Below are positions 25,930-38,789 of a stretch of DNA of 64,000 nt, in pieces. The notes under the pieces were generated by a model that ran no database searches, was not told where the DNA came from, and saw only the letters and a list, made by a program, of their open reading frames with translations. Source of the DNA: Mobula hypostoma. Lineage: Eukaryota. The translations under genes and the position numbers were made by a program. The stretch is from positions 15,810,001 through 15,874,000 of the forward strand of contig NC_086108.1 of the NCBI RefSeq assembly GCF_963921235.1. The letters are read 5' to 3'. Positions within the stretch are counted from its first letter, which is position 1. Each line of letters starts with the position of its first letter.

Positions 25930-27910
25930 GTAAGACCATAAGAAATGGGAGCAGAATTAGGCCATTTGGCCCAACAAGTCTTCTCCGCCATTTCAGTATG
26001 GCTGATCCAATTTTCTTCTCAGCCCCAATAAGAACATAAGAAATGGGAGCAGAAGTAGGCCATCCGGCCCATCGAGCCTGCCCCGCCATTTAATAAGATC
26101 GTGGCTGATCTGTCCGTAAACTCAGCTCCATCTACCTGCCTTTTCCCCATAAACCTATCTAACTGTTTCTTAAATGTATTCAGTGAAGAAGCCTCAACTG
26201 TTTCCCTGGGCAGAAAATGCCACAGATCCACCACTCTTTGACTAAAGAAATGTCTTCTCATCTCCGTTCTAAAAGGACACCCCTCTATTCTGCGGCTGTG
26301 TCTTCTGGTCTTAGACTCTCCCATTGTAGGAAACTTCAGTGGATGGTAAGTTAATGGAGAAGATCCTGAGAGGCAGGATTTTTGAACATTTGGAGAGGCA
26401 TGATATGATTAGGAATAGTCAGCATGGCTTTGTCAAAGGCCATACGAGCCTGATTGAATTTTTTGAGAATGTGACTAAACACATTGATAATGGTAGAGCA
26501 GTAGATGTAGTGTATATGGATTTTGATAAGGCATTTGATAAGGTACCCCATGCAAGGCTTATTGAGAAAATAAGGAGGCATGGGATCCAAGGGGAAATTG
26601 CTTTGTGGATCCAGAACTGGCTTGCCCACAGAAAGCAAAGAGTGGTTGTAGACGGGTCATATTCTTCATGGAGGTCGGTGACTAGTGGTGTGCCTCAGGG
26701 ATCTGTTCTGGGACCCCTACTCTTCGTCATTTTTATAAAAGACCTGGATGAAGAAGTGGAGGGATGGGTTAGTAAATTTGCGGATGACACAAAGGTTGGA
26801 GGTGTTGTGGATAGTGTGGAGGGCCGTCAGAGGTTACAGCAGGACATTGATAGGATGCAGTACTGGGCTGAGAAGTGGTAGATGGAGTTCAACCCAGGTA
26901 TGTGTGAGGTAATTCATTTTGGTAGGTCAAATATGATGGCAGAATATAGTATTAATGGTAAGAGTCTTGGCAGTGTGGAGGATCAGAGGGATCATGTCCA
27001 TAGGACACTCAAAGCTGCTGCGCAGGTTGACTCTGTGGTTAAGAAAGCATACAGTGCATTGGCCTTTATCAGTCGTAGGATTGAGTTTAGGAGCTGAGAG
27101 GTAATGTTGCAGCTATATAGGTCCCTGGTCAGACCCCATTTGGAGTACTGTGCTCAGTTCTGGTCACCTCATTACAAGAAGGATGTGGAAACCATAGAAA
27201 GGGTGAAGAGGAGATTTACAAGGAGGTTGCCTGGATTGGGGAGCATGCCTTATGAGAATAGGTTGAGTGAACTTGGCCTTTTTTCCTTGGAGTGTTGGAG
27301 GATGAGAGGTGACCTGATAGAGGTGTATAAGGGAATGAGAGGCATTGATCACGTGGATAGTAAGAGGTTTTTTCCCAGGGCTGAAATGGCTAGCACAAGA
27401 GGGCACAGTTTTAAGGTGCTTGGAAGTATGTACAGAGGGGATATCAGGGGTAAGTTGTTTTTTTTATGCATAGAGTGGTGAGTGCGTGGAATGGGCTGCT
27501 GGCAACGGTGATGGAGGCGGATACAATAGGGTCTTTTAAAAGACTCCTGGACAGGTATATGGAGCTCAGAAAAATAGTGGGCTATGGGTAACCCTTGGTA
27601 ATTTCTCAGATAAGGACATGTTTGGCACAGCTTTGTGGGCCGAAGGGCCTGTATTGTGCTGTAGGTTTTCTATGTTTCTACATCCTTGCCACATCCACTC
27701 TATTGAGGCATTTCACCATTCAATAGATTTCAGTGAAGTCACCCCTCATTTTTCTGAATTCCAGTGAATACAGGCCCAGAGCAATCAAACACTTCATATG
27801 ACAAGCCATTCAATCCTGGAACCATTTTCGTGAACCTCCTTTGAACCCTCTCCAGTTTCAGCACATCCTTCCTAACATAAGGGATCCAGAACTACTCATA
27901 ACTCACTCAC
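25930..27910 (-). mobile_element. CR1 3' fragments (minus), hosting a plus-strand CR1 at 26340-27680
   Basis: ORF 26019-26324 SKTRRHSRRIEGCPFRTEMRRHFFSQRVV. The host reads taggaaac...atccttgccacatcc across the insert. Confidence 0.8.
26340..27680 (+). mobile_element. 5'-truncated CR1 LINE (RT and 3' end)
   Basis: ORFs 26339-26881, 26882-27097 and 27104-27481 with [37 protein letters not shown]; tail ttttctatgtttcta. Confidence 0.95.
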
Positions 27911-28415
27911 TTGTCTCCTACTAAGGTTTAAGGATTGAAACCCAAACTGAGCCTTAGTGAGTAGCTTATTGGTAGGTACTATATATCCTGTGTAATTGTA
28001 CTGTCAATGACGGATGCTATTGTTTCGCTCATGATTAAGACCAGACTAATTGAGTAGTAATTGGCCAGTTTGAATTTGTCCTGAATTTTTGTGATTGGAA
28101 CATGCGTAGACAGTTTCCAAATTGTGGGGTAGATGCCAGTGTTGTTGTTAGATCAAAGCAGCTTGGCTAGAAGTGCAGTTTATTCTGAGCACAGGTTCTC
28201 AGTTCTACAGTTGGGATTGCTGTATCCAGTGCTCTCAGCTACTTCTTGAAATTTTGTAGAGTCAGAGTTTCCAGCCCAAAAACAGGTCCTTTGGGCCAAC
28301 TCATTCAAACTGACCTCAGCTGTTTCCCTGATCTAGTCCCATTTGCTGAGACTCAAGTGACTGAGAATGGAAAAAAGTTGAGCAGCTTTGGACTTTATTT
28401 GTTAGAACATGGGTG

Positions 28416-29008
28416 TGTCCCCCACTCGGCTTGCCCGCACATTCGTCTAGGGGAATCAGCTTTCGGCCCCGCCAAATAGGGCATTCAAGTTTGGGTGGAT
28501 GCCATGTATTGTACCCCAGTACAAACTCACAACGCAAATATCAGACAGTACACAATAAGCGATTAAATGATTACACTTTATAACTCTTATTTTGTTGTGT
28601 GGTTAGTGGAGAAACAAAATATAAAAGACAAAAGGCACCACTCAATTAAAGTTAACAGTTTGTGCACAAAAATCATTGGAGCTCACGCCTCTGGTGTTCC
28701 TCCTTAAATGGCCTCCGCCGAAACGCCGCCAACCTCCAGACCCTCAAATTCCCGTAGACTCCGTCCGGTGGTCACCGAGCGCTCCCCGCACTGGTTCTTC
28801 CTCCTCACTCGCCTCGACCGAAAACGCGCCAAAAACTCGGTTCCCAGACATACAAGATAGAATAACATCTCTCCTGTTGATTAGCTATCCGTTATCTGTA
28901 GTTATAACCCAAACATCACTGCTACAGAGAAAGCATTACATCAGCAGTTAACATTACAGAGAAGCCATTTCATTAGCCTGAGCAGTTAACATTACTGAGA
29001 ACCCTACA
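28416..29008. mobile_element. Solo LTR (593 bp), Gypsy- or ERV-type
   Basis: TGT...ACA termini and a 4-bp TSD ggtg (28412-28415 and 29009-29012). It interrupts a CR1 3' fragment and has internal direct repeats (agcagttaacattac x2). Confidence 0.8.
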
Positions 29009-29049
29009 GGTGAAAGAGGGTTGATTTTATAGGGGTGTATAGAATCATT

Positions 29050-29740
29050 CAAGATTTTTTAGTGTCATTTCCTGTATACAAATGTAACAAAATAATTGTT
29101 ACTCCAGATTGGATTCAGCACAAAAATAACGTAATCATAAAAACACATACAATACATACAAATGCATAAGATAGCTTATAAACATAGATTGATTACATGT
29201 CCATAAAGTGACACCAGGCACAGGAGTTATCTGTACAAAAGGTAGCTTACATGAAGTGATAAAGCAGTGGTGGTTTGGGGTATAGAGGGTGGAGATATTG
29301 AACAGCCTTACTAGTTGGGGTAAATAACTGTTTTTGAGTCTGATGGTCCTAGTGTATATGTTACACGACTTCGGTGGGAGTGGGACAAACAGCAGGGCGT
29401 GTGGAATCCATATTGATGCTGCTGGCTCTTTTCTGTATACATGTCCTTGATGGTGGGTTGACAGGTACTTGTGATACCCATTATAAAGCCTTCCTGTTCA
29501 CTGCAGTGCAGTTTCTGTACCATGCAGTGATGCAGTGTGTCAGGATGCTCTCTAATGCACATCTGTAGAAGGATGTGAGTACAGACGTACATAGTCCAGC
29601 TCTTTTCAGCCTCAGACAGAAGAGGTGTTAGTGAGCTTTCCTGATTATGTGAAATGTAGTCCGGGACTATGAGAGTTTGTGTGAGATGTGCACTCCCTGG
29701 ACTTTGAAACTGCTTCCAGTTTCTGCTGCTGTGCCGCCGC
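29050..29740 (-). mobile_element. Rex1/Babar-like LINE 3' fragment, degraded
   Basis: Antisense similarity to 48076-48700 (gctctctaatgcacatctgtagaag). Confidence 0.6.
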
Positions 29741-30819
29741 TGTAAAGGTGAATGTGAGTTGTTCTATAGTCAGAATGATTTTATTCAGAATAAAGTCATT
29801 CTTGCATGAGAGCATCTTTTTCACCCAGAGGATGGTCAGTATCTGAAAGGAAGTGACTGAGGCAGGTACATTAACAACATATAGACAGTACTTGTACTGG
29901 TACATGGACAGGAGTGATATTGGCCAAACAAGAGCATATGTGAGTAGCTCTATGGGAATCTTGGTTGGCATGGACTAGTTGGAGTGAAGGACTAGTTGGA
30001 GTGAAGGCCTTGTTTGAATTTTGGGTTACTCTGACTTATCCCTCACTGCCTGTTGCAGAGGCAGCTATATCCGTCAGGGCCAGTTTGGTCAGTATCCCTT
30101 CCTTTGGCACTCTCAACACTCACCTCATGGAATGGACTTCCAACATCTGAATATCACACCTGATTATAACCAAAATAAAGAATTTTCTAGAGCAGAAGAG
30201 GACTTCGGAATCATTAAATGCAGCAGTGTACCTACCCTAGAGAATAGGGGCTTAGTGGAAGTGGAATATGTGCTAAGGTACCTAAATCTTCACTGAGCTG
30301 GTCATTGAATCTTCCCATTGACTCCATCATTATGGTCTTTGAACAATGGTACATGAAGGAAACACTTCCCCTCCGATACTTAACAGGATTCCACCAACTT
30401 TATCTTCCTGCTAACTTAACATAACTGTTGTGTTGAACATCTGTTGGGCCAAATGGCCTGTTTCTGTGCTGTGTAGCTCAGTGACTTCACAAGATGTCGA
30501 AGTGGTTGAGAGCACTGGATACTGCAAATCTCAGCTGTAGTACCGATAGCCCGTGCTCTGTTATGAGCTGCACCTCTGTCCAATTACAACTCACAATATG
30601 GAGTTGGACTCTGGCAAGTATAGAACAGCCACCTGTTTGGTACATTATCAGTGGAAATACTGCTTTGCACAATGACTGGCAAATGTGCATCTCCATCAGA
30701 GAGTTGAGGTTTCAAGCCCCACATCAGACACATGACTGGAGGATCTTGGCATGTTCCCAGTATAGTAAAGATAGAGTGTTGCATTACCGGACAGTTGACC
30801 AGGGAATCCGGGCTGACAT

Positions 30820-31105
30820 TCACCACGGTAGCGTAGGCTTTTACATCTCACTGTGTCGGAGTTCAGAGTTCAGTCCTGGTGTCCTCTGTAAGGAGTGTGT
30901 GTCCGCACTGTGGAATGCATCGGTTTTCTCTGGAGATCCAGTTTCCTCCCAGACTCCAAAGACATATTATTTGGTTAGTTAATTGGTTGTTGTAAGTTGT
31001 CCCATGATTAGATTAGGGTTAAATAGCAGTTGTCAGGGGTTGTTAGGTGGTGCAGCTCGAAGGGCCGGAAGAGCCTATCCCGCACTGTATCTCTAAATAA
31101 ATATG
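30820..31105 (+). mobile_element. tRNA-derived V-SINE-like element
   Basis: gagttcagagttc B-box-like head, gtttcctcccagactccaaagac core and gtatctctaaataaata tail. Confidence 0.7.
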
Positions 31106-31399
31106 GTAGTGAAGGAGGGCTGCGTTAGTGGAGATGCTGATATTCAGATGAGATGTTAATCCAGCGCAATGTCATGTGGTTATTATATAAAGTCCTTCAT
31201 CACTATAATGAAGAGAAGCAAAAGCATCATGCCCAGATTCCTTGCTAATATTTGTAACTAAAACAGAATGACTTAGCTAAAGAAATACTTTTGAAAATTG
31301 GTAGCTGTATTACAATTAAAATTTTCACTTGCTGAGCAAGTACTACAGAATGTGCAGAAATAGTGACAAGCATTAAATAAATGCATATTCTTAATACTT

Positions 31400-31845
31400 T
31401 AGACCTTGGCAAATTGTCCTGTAACAGAACTACTAATCCTTATTCTAACTTAGTTTGTATTAAACAATACTTTTGTCCTGCCTCTCCTCCCCGTAAAACA
31501 AATCTATTAAGTGGATTAATGGGCACGCAATAAAGTGTTACCTAGTTAATGTCAAATGCATTTCACACTGGATTTCTCTGCGTCCCTTTGTCTGTGTTAG
31601 AGAAACCAGTAATACCTCTGACTGTGGGTTTTGTCACTGCACACAAAGTAGGGCCACTCCTCAGTCAGTACCACTGCTCATTAACCTGCCCTTGGGAGCT
31701 GGAGGACTGAAGCAAGCCACTCCTTAAAAACAGCACGTGAATTGATTAGGAATGCAGGGCATTTGAAGCTTCCTTTCTATCGTTGCCGCTTCCTGGTTTA
31801 TACAGTGAGTGCATAAGCTATAGTCAGCTCTGGAGGAGAGAGAGT

Positions 31846-31880
<35 letters not shown>

Positions 31881-32821
31881 GTGTGTGCTTTGTGGAACAG
31901 GTGCCTTGAAAATCAACAAGGAAAAATTCTGAAATCAGCAGACAATTTGTCTCTCTTGAAGAACCTGTTACTCCTCTCAAGGGACTCGAAGGTACTTACA
32001 AGAACTAGTCAACTGGATTCAACTGCACATGCTCGAATCTAAAATCCAAATGACACCTGCAACGGCTGCAGTCTGAAGCAGGAAGTAGTCGGCTGATTCT
32101 CTGGCTTCCCTGGAGTGAATTGCCTTGTGGTTGTGCTACGTATAATTTTTTTTGTTGAGAAACAAGGACTGAATGTGAAGAACCTTGGAGTGTTTGTGTG
32201 CGAAAGTGAGTGTGTCAGAGGACTTCCTCTGAAGCCTTCGCCTTCACAGTTGCTGCCCTAGAAACCTATTCAAATGCAAATGTACAAGGTATCACTCTTG
32301 AATATCTAACTGTTCTGCGAGCCGTGTTTCTTCAGGGAATAATGAAGACATCGAGGTAACGAGAGCGCGCAGAGGTTACACTCAGCCCTCCCATCAGCAG
32401 AAACAAGCAGGAAGTGGTCAGCACACTGAAGTCAAGGATCTCCCTTTCATTGGGCGCGCTTATCTCGAGAGAAGAAGATGCATTTCATCACTCTCTGACT
32501 TCCAGAATGTTTACAGAGAATTGGGATCAGGCACAGGTGGAGAAAGAGAGCGAGAGAGTCTATAGTTAATAGGGCCAGCTTTGCAGAGGTCTCAGCTGCC
32601 ACCAGTGGAGCTCTGTGCACTCAGTGATAATGGAGTCTGACCCGTAGCTCACTCTTCGAGTAGGAAGAGGGACGGATTTTAATTAGTTTGTCACCACAAT
32701 TAGTTTCAGAACAAAGTGGATGCAGTGTGGACTCTTCATTCTCTTACAAACTTTCCCTGCATTCAGGGGGGACATTCTCTTATTTATTTAATTTATTTTT
32801 ATTTAACATTTTGCATCCAAG
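31400..32821 (+). promoter_or_regulatory. RABGAP1L: Putative internal promoter / 5' UTR of the short RABGAP1L isoform
   Basis: About 1.4 kb of TE-free sequence directly upstream of the ATG exon. Contains an E-box CACGTG (31734-31739), an ETS-like ccgcttcctg (~31787), a GA tract and candidate donors at 31992 and 32356. Confidence 0.55.
31836..31880. repeat. (GA)n microsatellite
   Basis: Near-perfect GA run seen directly. Confidence 0.95.
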
Positions 32822-32932
32822 ATGATGGAAGAAGTTTCTATAACAGTAGCCTATGATGCTCATGTCTTCAGCCAGATGGATGAAGAGGACACCTTGGCTA
32901 GCATGGTCGCAGTCACAAAGCCCAAGACCATG
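32822..32932 (+). CDS. RABGAP1L: RABGAP1L short-isoform first coding exon (37 aa; absent from the ORF track)
   Basis: Translates MMEEVSITVAYDAHVFSQMDEEDTLASMVAVTKPKTM, matching the N-terminus I recall for the human short isoform (MMEEISIMVAYDAHVFSQLHDEDFLTSLVAISKPRSM). Phase-0 donor GTAGGT at 32933. Confidence 0.92.
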
Positions 32933-33459
32933 GTAGGTTGATGCAAGCTTAGCTTGGTCAGTAAGGCAGAGCAGGAGTCAAGGAGGCAATTTACGGTGAG
33001 ATGGGATGTGAAAGTTGCCCCCAGTACTCTGTGCTTTCAATTTTTTGTCTTAATTACAAATGTATTTCAAATGTGCCTTATTGGTTAGGAACCTCTTGGG
33101 TATCCCAAACTCCCCCTTCACACTCCTGTATTCCAGTAGCCCCAACTCTAATTTCTATTTATGGTGTAATTTTGTAGAGGTGATGTGGGTGTTCTGATTC
33201 AGTTGGGGGTGGGGATGGGGGGGGGGTCGTCACAATTTAATTGTGGCAGTTGAAGAATACGAACTCAGAAATGAAAAGCTGCGGTCAGTAAAATTGACAG
33301 TGAAGTGGTCAGATTCACCAGGAAGAAAATCCATTATCGTTAGATGAGACAGTGCATATGCAATCAGCCTTGCACCCTTTGAGTTGCTCGGAAGTCACCC
33401 ATCAGTTCAGCCACAGACAAGTACTGGCCTTAGCAGTAATGCCCACATTAGTTTACGGA

Positions 33460-33715
33460 CAATTGAGACCCTGTATGGAGGCAAGGGAGGAGGTGAATGA
33501 GCTGCTGTAACATTTGTCACTTGCAAGGATATGTGCCAGGAGGGAGATGAGTGGGGAAAGACAAATGGACAAGGGAACCACAGAGAGAGCAATTCCTATG
33601 GAAAGCACAGAGTAAGAGGGAGGTAAAGATGTGTTTGGTGTAGGATCCCATTGAAGATGGTGGGAAGTTGTGGAGAATGATGTGTTGGATGCATAATACT
33701 GATGGGGTGTGGTGC
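33460..33715 (-). mobile_element. Degraded Penelope-like fragment
   Basis: Similar to 24880-25120 (ggacaaatggacaagggaa..., gagaatgatgtg.tggatgc). Confidence 0.6.
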
Positions 33716-33984
33716 TTCAGGTAATATCTGCAGGACTGAGTTTAGCCTTTTCAGTGGATGAACTTATTTGATGAGAGGTCATTACCCAAAAATATTATCT
33801 GTTTTCCCATAGATTCTGCCTGACTTTCAGTTAAGTCCCAGGGGTTCAGATGTTTCAGTGCTTTAGAGGATAACACCAAGAAGAGTGAATGCCATCTATA
33901 AGAATTAATGTCTCCCGGAGGTGATTACAAAATGCAGCTGTTGAGATGATTTCATTAACCCACTTCATGGATTCAGTTGCACAT

Positions 33985-35370
33985 AGAGTTTTAAGCCCAG
34001 AAACAGGCCCCTAAGATCATAAGACATAGGAGCAGAATTAGGCCATCTGGCCCATCAAGTCTGCTCCGCCATTCAATCATGGCTGATACTTTTTTTTCCT
34101 CCTCCTTAACCCCAGTTCCTGGCCTTCTCCCCTTTGATGTCATGTCTAATCTTGAACCTATCAATCTCTGCCTCAAATGCACACCAACGACCTGGCCTCC
34201 ACAGTTGTACATGGCAACAAATTCCACAAATTCACCACCCTTTGGCTAAAGAAATGTCTCCACCTATTAGTTTTGAAGAGGCACCCCTCTATCCTGAGTC
34301 TGTGCCCTCTTGTCCTAGACTCTCCCACCATGGGGAAACATCCTTTTCACATCTACTCTGTGTAGGCCTTTCAACATTCGTTAGGTTTCAATGAGATCCT
34401 ACCCCCCCCCCCATCCTTCTGAATTCCAGCGAGTACAGACCCATCAAACATTCCTTGTATGATAACCCTTTCATTCCTGGAATCATCCTCGTGAACCTCC
34501 TCTGGACCCTCTCCAATGCCAACACATCTTTCCTAAGATGAGGGGCCCAAAACTGTTCACAATACTCAAGGTGAGGCCTCACCAGTGCCTTATAAAGCCT
34601 CAGTATCACATCCTTGCTCTTGTATGCCAGACCTCTTGAGATGAATGCTAACATGGCATTTGCCTTCTTCACCACTGACTCGACCTGCAAGTTAACCTTT
34701 AGGGTGTTCTGCACAAAGGACTCCCAAGTTCCTTTGCATCTCAGATTTTTGGGTTTTCTCCCTGTTAAGAAAATAGTCCACACATTTATTTCTACCACCA
34801 AAGTGCATGATCATGCATTTTCCAACATTTCATTTGCCACTTTCTTGCCATTCTCCTAATCTGTCTAAGTCCTTCTGCATCCTACCTGTTTCCTCAACAC
34901 TACCTGCCCCTCCACTATTCTTCATATCATCTGCAAACTTGCCAACCTTTAGCCCATCTCTTCCATGGCAACCAAGTCTACTTGAGTTCGTCTCGTTCTT
35001 CCATGGCAACCAAGTCTACTTGAGTTCGTCTCGTTCTTCCATGTCTGGCCCATATCACTCTAAATTTTTTCTATCCATATACCTATCTAAATATCTTTTA
35101 AACAGAATAATTGTACCCACCTCTACCACATCCTTTGGCAGCTCATTCCATATACCCACCATCCTATGTATGAGAAAACTTGACACTCCAGTCCCCTCTA
35201 GATCTTTCCCCTCTTGCTTTAAACCTATATAGTTTAGACTCCTCTATCCTGGGAAAAAGACTATAACCATCCCCCTCATGATTTTATAAACCTCTATAAA
35301 GGTCACCTTTCAATATCCTAGGCTTTGGGGAAAACAATCCCAGTTTATTAACCTCTCTTTAGCTCAAGTG
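33985..35370 (-). mobile_element. CR1 3' fragments
   Basis: ORF 34388-34801 KKANAMLAFISRG...RPHLEYCEQFWAP...LYSLEFRRM. Confidence 0.9.
34959..35043. repeat. 38-bp tandem duplication (2.2 copies)
   Basis: tcttccatggcaaccaagtctacttgagttcgtctcgt at 34959 and 34997, partial third copy at 35035. Confidence 0.9.
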
Positions 35371-37935
35371 CCACTAGAGACTAGGAATGGAAAATGTTTT
35401 TCTCTTTGGGACCTCATCAGAAGTATTACTCAGTAAGATTAGGGAAGACATTAGTAAATAATGGTCAGCAATGGTCACAACACTGAGTGATAGAGTGGAT
35501 ATTCTCTTTTTCACCTCCAAAATAAAACACAGCAGATGCCAGAAATCTGAAATAAAACTAGCAATACTGGAAGTCCTCAGTATGTCAGGCAGCATCTGTG
35601 CAAAGTGAAGCAGAATTAAATGTTCAGGTTAATACCCCTTCATTAGAACTGGGCAAAAAAAAGTTTGAGAGCATGTTTCAATCTGCTTTGTAACTGAGGA
35701 GAGATGAGAAGGTGAAAAGCGAGACAAATTGAATGATAGTACAGGGTGCTTAAGGGATTAGTAGCGAAGAATTGTTCTACAGGAAGAGTGATTGGGGGGA
35801 GCAGAATAACTACTTGAAATGATTAGATAGAAAATTACTAATGCCAGCATTGTTTTACCTAGAATTCCAGCTCATGGTTGAGCCAGAAAGTGATATTTGT
35901 GCAGAATCAGAAGATGAGCTGCTGTTCCTTGTATTTGTGTCAGCTTTGTTGGAACAATGTTGGAGACAGAGGTCAGAGTGGGGAGAATTAAATTATAGTA
36001 ACTGGAAGGAAAGGCACTGATATTTCTATTGCCTTTCTCAGAATGACTCAGCTGAAGAAATACTTCTGAAATTGTTGTCATTGTCATATTGTGGCATTTA
36101 TGCATGACCAGGTTTCATTGACAGCTGTGTGACAGTGACCCATGTAAAACCTTTCCTGTGGTGCCATTTACCTTCTTCATCACCCTTTCTTTCTGGGACA
36201 CAACTTTCGTGTTGATGTGAAGCAACCTCCAAAACAATGACAGAAGATTGGGTTACTGCAATCCCACTCCAGTTAATGGGTACCAAGTCCTATGCTCACG
36301 GCCCATGGTCACAGATTTCTCACATATTCCACCGAGGTTCAGACACAGCTGGATCTGCAGCAACAGAATTTCTCTGCTAGGCAACACAGCTTAGGTAACA
36401 AAGCTATATGCAGCCACAACAATAACTAGAGTTGTGGAGTACATTTGTGGAGAGTCTGGTGAATAACTAATCCATCCCAATTACTACTTTGTATATCCAT
36501 TATAATAACCCCAACACCAGCCTAAATACAAGTACTCTGCAAAATCTAGATATTGAAGCTGAATCTTTAATCTGAAAATATGTTGACACACATTCCTGGG
36601 GATTAACTGTGCAAAATTCTTGCACTTGCATTCCATTTACTATGTTTAAAGTAACCTGGTAACTTGGTTTCTTTGTTGTGGTTGACTGATAATCGGACTG
36701 TGTGGTTAATGATTCTTTTATACTTAGCTTTCTGGGTGGAGTTAAGTTAAAGGCAGGACAACAACTCAGTGGTGGATGGATTGCAATCAATTTGTTAATC
36801 ATGGTATCCTTGCAATTTCACTTGTTTGCTGGTGTGACATTTTCTTTCCAGGAATTTACCGACTCTGCTGTCCTGAATTTTAATATGAAGTTGCTGCCAT
36901 TAACTGTTTCTGTAAAATGGTCTTACAGTTAGTTACGACATACTAAAGTTCTTGGTAGGAAGTGGGGGAGCCAAAATTCAGTGTCATTATTGTGACATAG
37001 TTTATATGTCTATGTTTCTGTATTGAGTCATGAAACAATATAGTGGACTTATCCAGTATGTTTGATTCAAGCTAATACTGCATGTGTAAAGCAGAGACCC
37101 TTGGCTGCTGATCAAACCCTCTTCACATCACTCTCTGCGGTACTCAGTAGACAGTACTCTTCCCTAATTGACCTGTTGTGGGTAGACCCTCAGCACTGCA
37201 CCGCTGCCTGAAGTGCAATCAAAGGCACCATTTTCCCTCAGAGGTGGATGCTAGAGATACCACGGCCGTCTTTTATCAGACAGAACAGATGGTCTTGCGA
37301 TGTCTGTCACATTGCTTGTTTTGGCAGATCGCTGAATCAAACTTTCCTGCATATTTGTTTATAATACAATGGTGACTTTATTTTCTCTGTTGTGGGAATC
37401 GCTGCATGATTTGTTGCTCATCTCTAATTGCCCGGAGGTGGAGGTAGTGGTGGTAATCCATCCCTTTGAAATATTGTGGCTTGTGTTCATCATAGTCCAG
37501 CTCTGTAGAAGGCACATTCTGCAGCACAGTTACATAGTTAGGGTGGTAATTAGCTAGCCCTATGCTGAATGGTGTGAGCTTCGACTGTTCACTCAAGTCA
37601 ATTACAGAGTATTTCAGCTTTCTCCTGGATTCTGCCTTGATGATGGAAAGGTTTGGTATGTCATGAGGTGGTTCACTCTCTGCAAATGCCACTGGAAGTT
37701 TTCTTGATTTTTGAACACTGCTCTGAGGGCCCTTGTTTAATATATTTAAATAATGTATGTGTCACTCAAGTATCGGTGGCATTATCCTCACATGTGTTCC
37801 ACCATTAACATTCTGGGGTTAACTGTTAACCAGAAATATATCTGGACCAATACTGACTATAGGAACACGTCAAAGGCTGGCAATCAATGGTAAGTGACAC
37901 AACTCCTGACACCCAAGCCTTTGTCATCTACAGTT

Positions 37936-37996
37936 ACTGTACAAAAGTCTTAAGCACATATATATACCTAATGCACCTAAGACTTTTGCACAGTAT
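37936..37996. mobile_element. Tiny palindromic MITE-like element
   Basis: tactgtacaaaagtctta ... taagacttttgcacagta inverted ends around a ~25-nt spacer. A half copy sits at ~42663-42682. Confidence 0.55.
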
Positions 37997-38789
37997 TATA
38001 TTTGTCAACATGGTGAGGAGAACAAGTTTGTAAATATGGTGAGAGCAAAGGATATTGGGAATGGTGAGGGTGGAGCACTGCAGGAGAGGTGTGGGACTGA
38101 TGACAGAGAAGTGCCAGGGAGCAGGTGCAGATACACCCGGCCCTGAGACAAAAGACAAGGTAATTTGATTGCAAGCAATTGGTTTATTGATCATTACAGA
38201 ATGTCCCTCTTGTGCTTCCGGCTCCCTTCCCCTCTTCATAACCATGATTCCCCTCTTCCTGTCCCCTCTCCACTCTCAGTCCACAATAGAGACTCATGGT
38301 TTCTATGGGAGAGGAGGTCACTAAACAAACCATTATCCATTATGGACAATCTGGCAGATCCTCTCCATGACATTCTGAATAAGCAGCAGAGCACCCTTTC
38401 GAACAGACTCGTTCAGCTCTGCTGTCATAAGGATTGTTACGGAAAATTGTTCCTACCAAATGCAATAAGCATATACAAGTCCATCTCTGTGTGACAGGAG
38501 AATATACATCAAAATACAGTAGTCTAATAGTCAGTCTTATTATTTTTATACACTTAATGCACATTGGTGAATTATTGTGTATATTATTTTCTGTACTTCT
38601 ATTAGTTAAGTATGCACACTGTTAGTGAAAGAATTTTCCACTCAGGATTAATAAAGTACTTATTATATTATCAGAATTAGGTTTATTATCACTCACATAT
38701 CTTGAAATTTGTTTTGTTTTTTGCGGCAGCGTTATAGTGCAATACATAAAGTTACTGAAGTACTGTGCAGAAGTAGCTATTGTATACAA

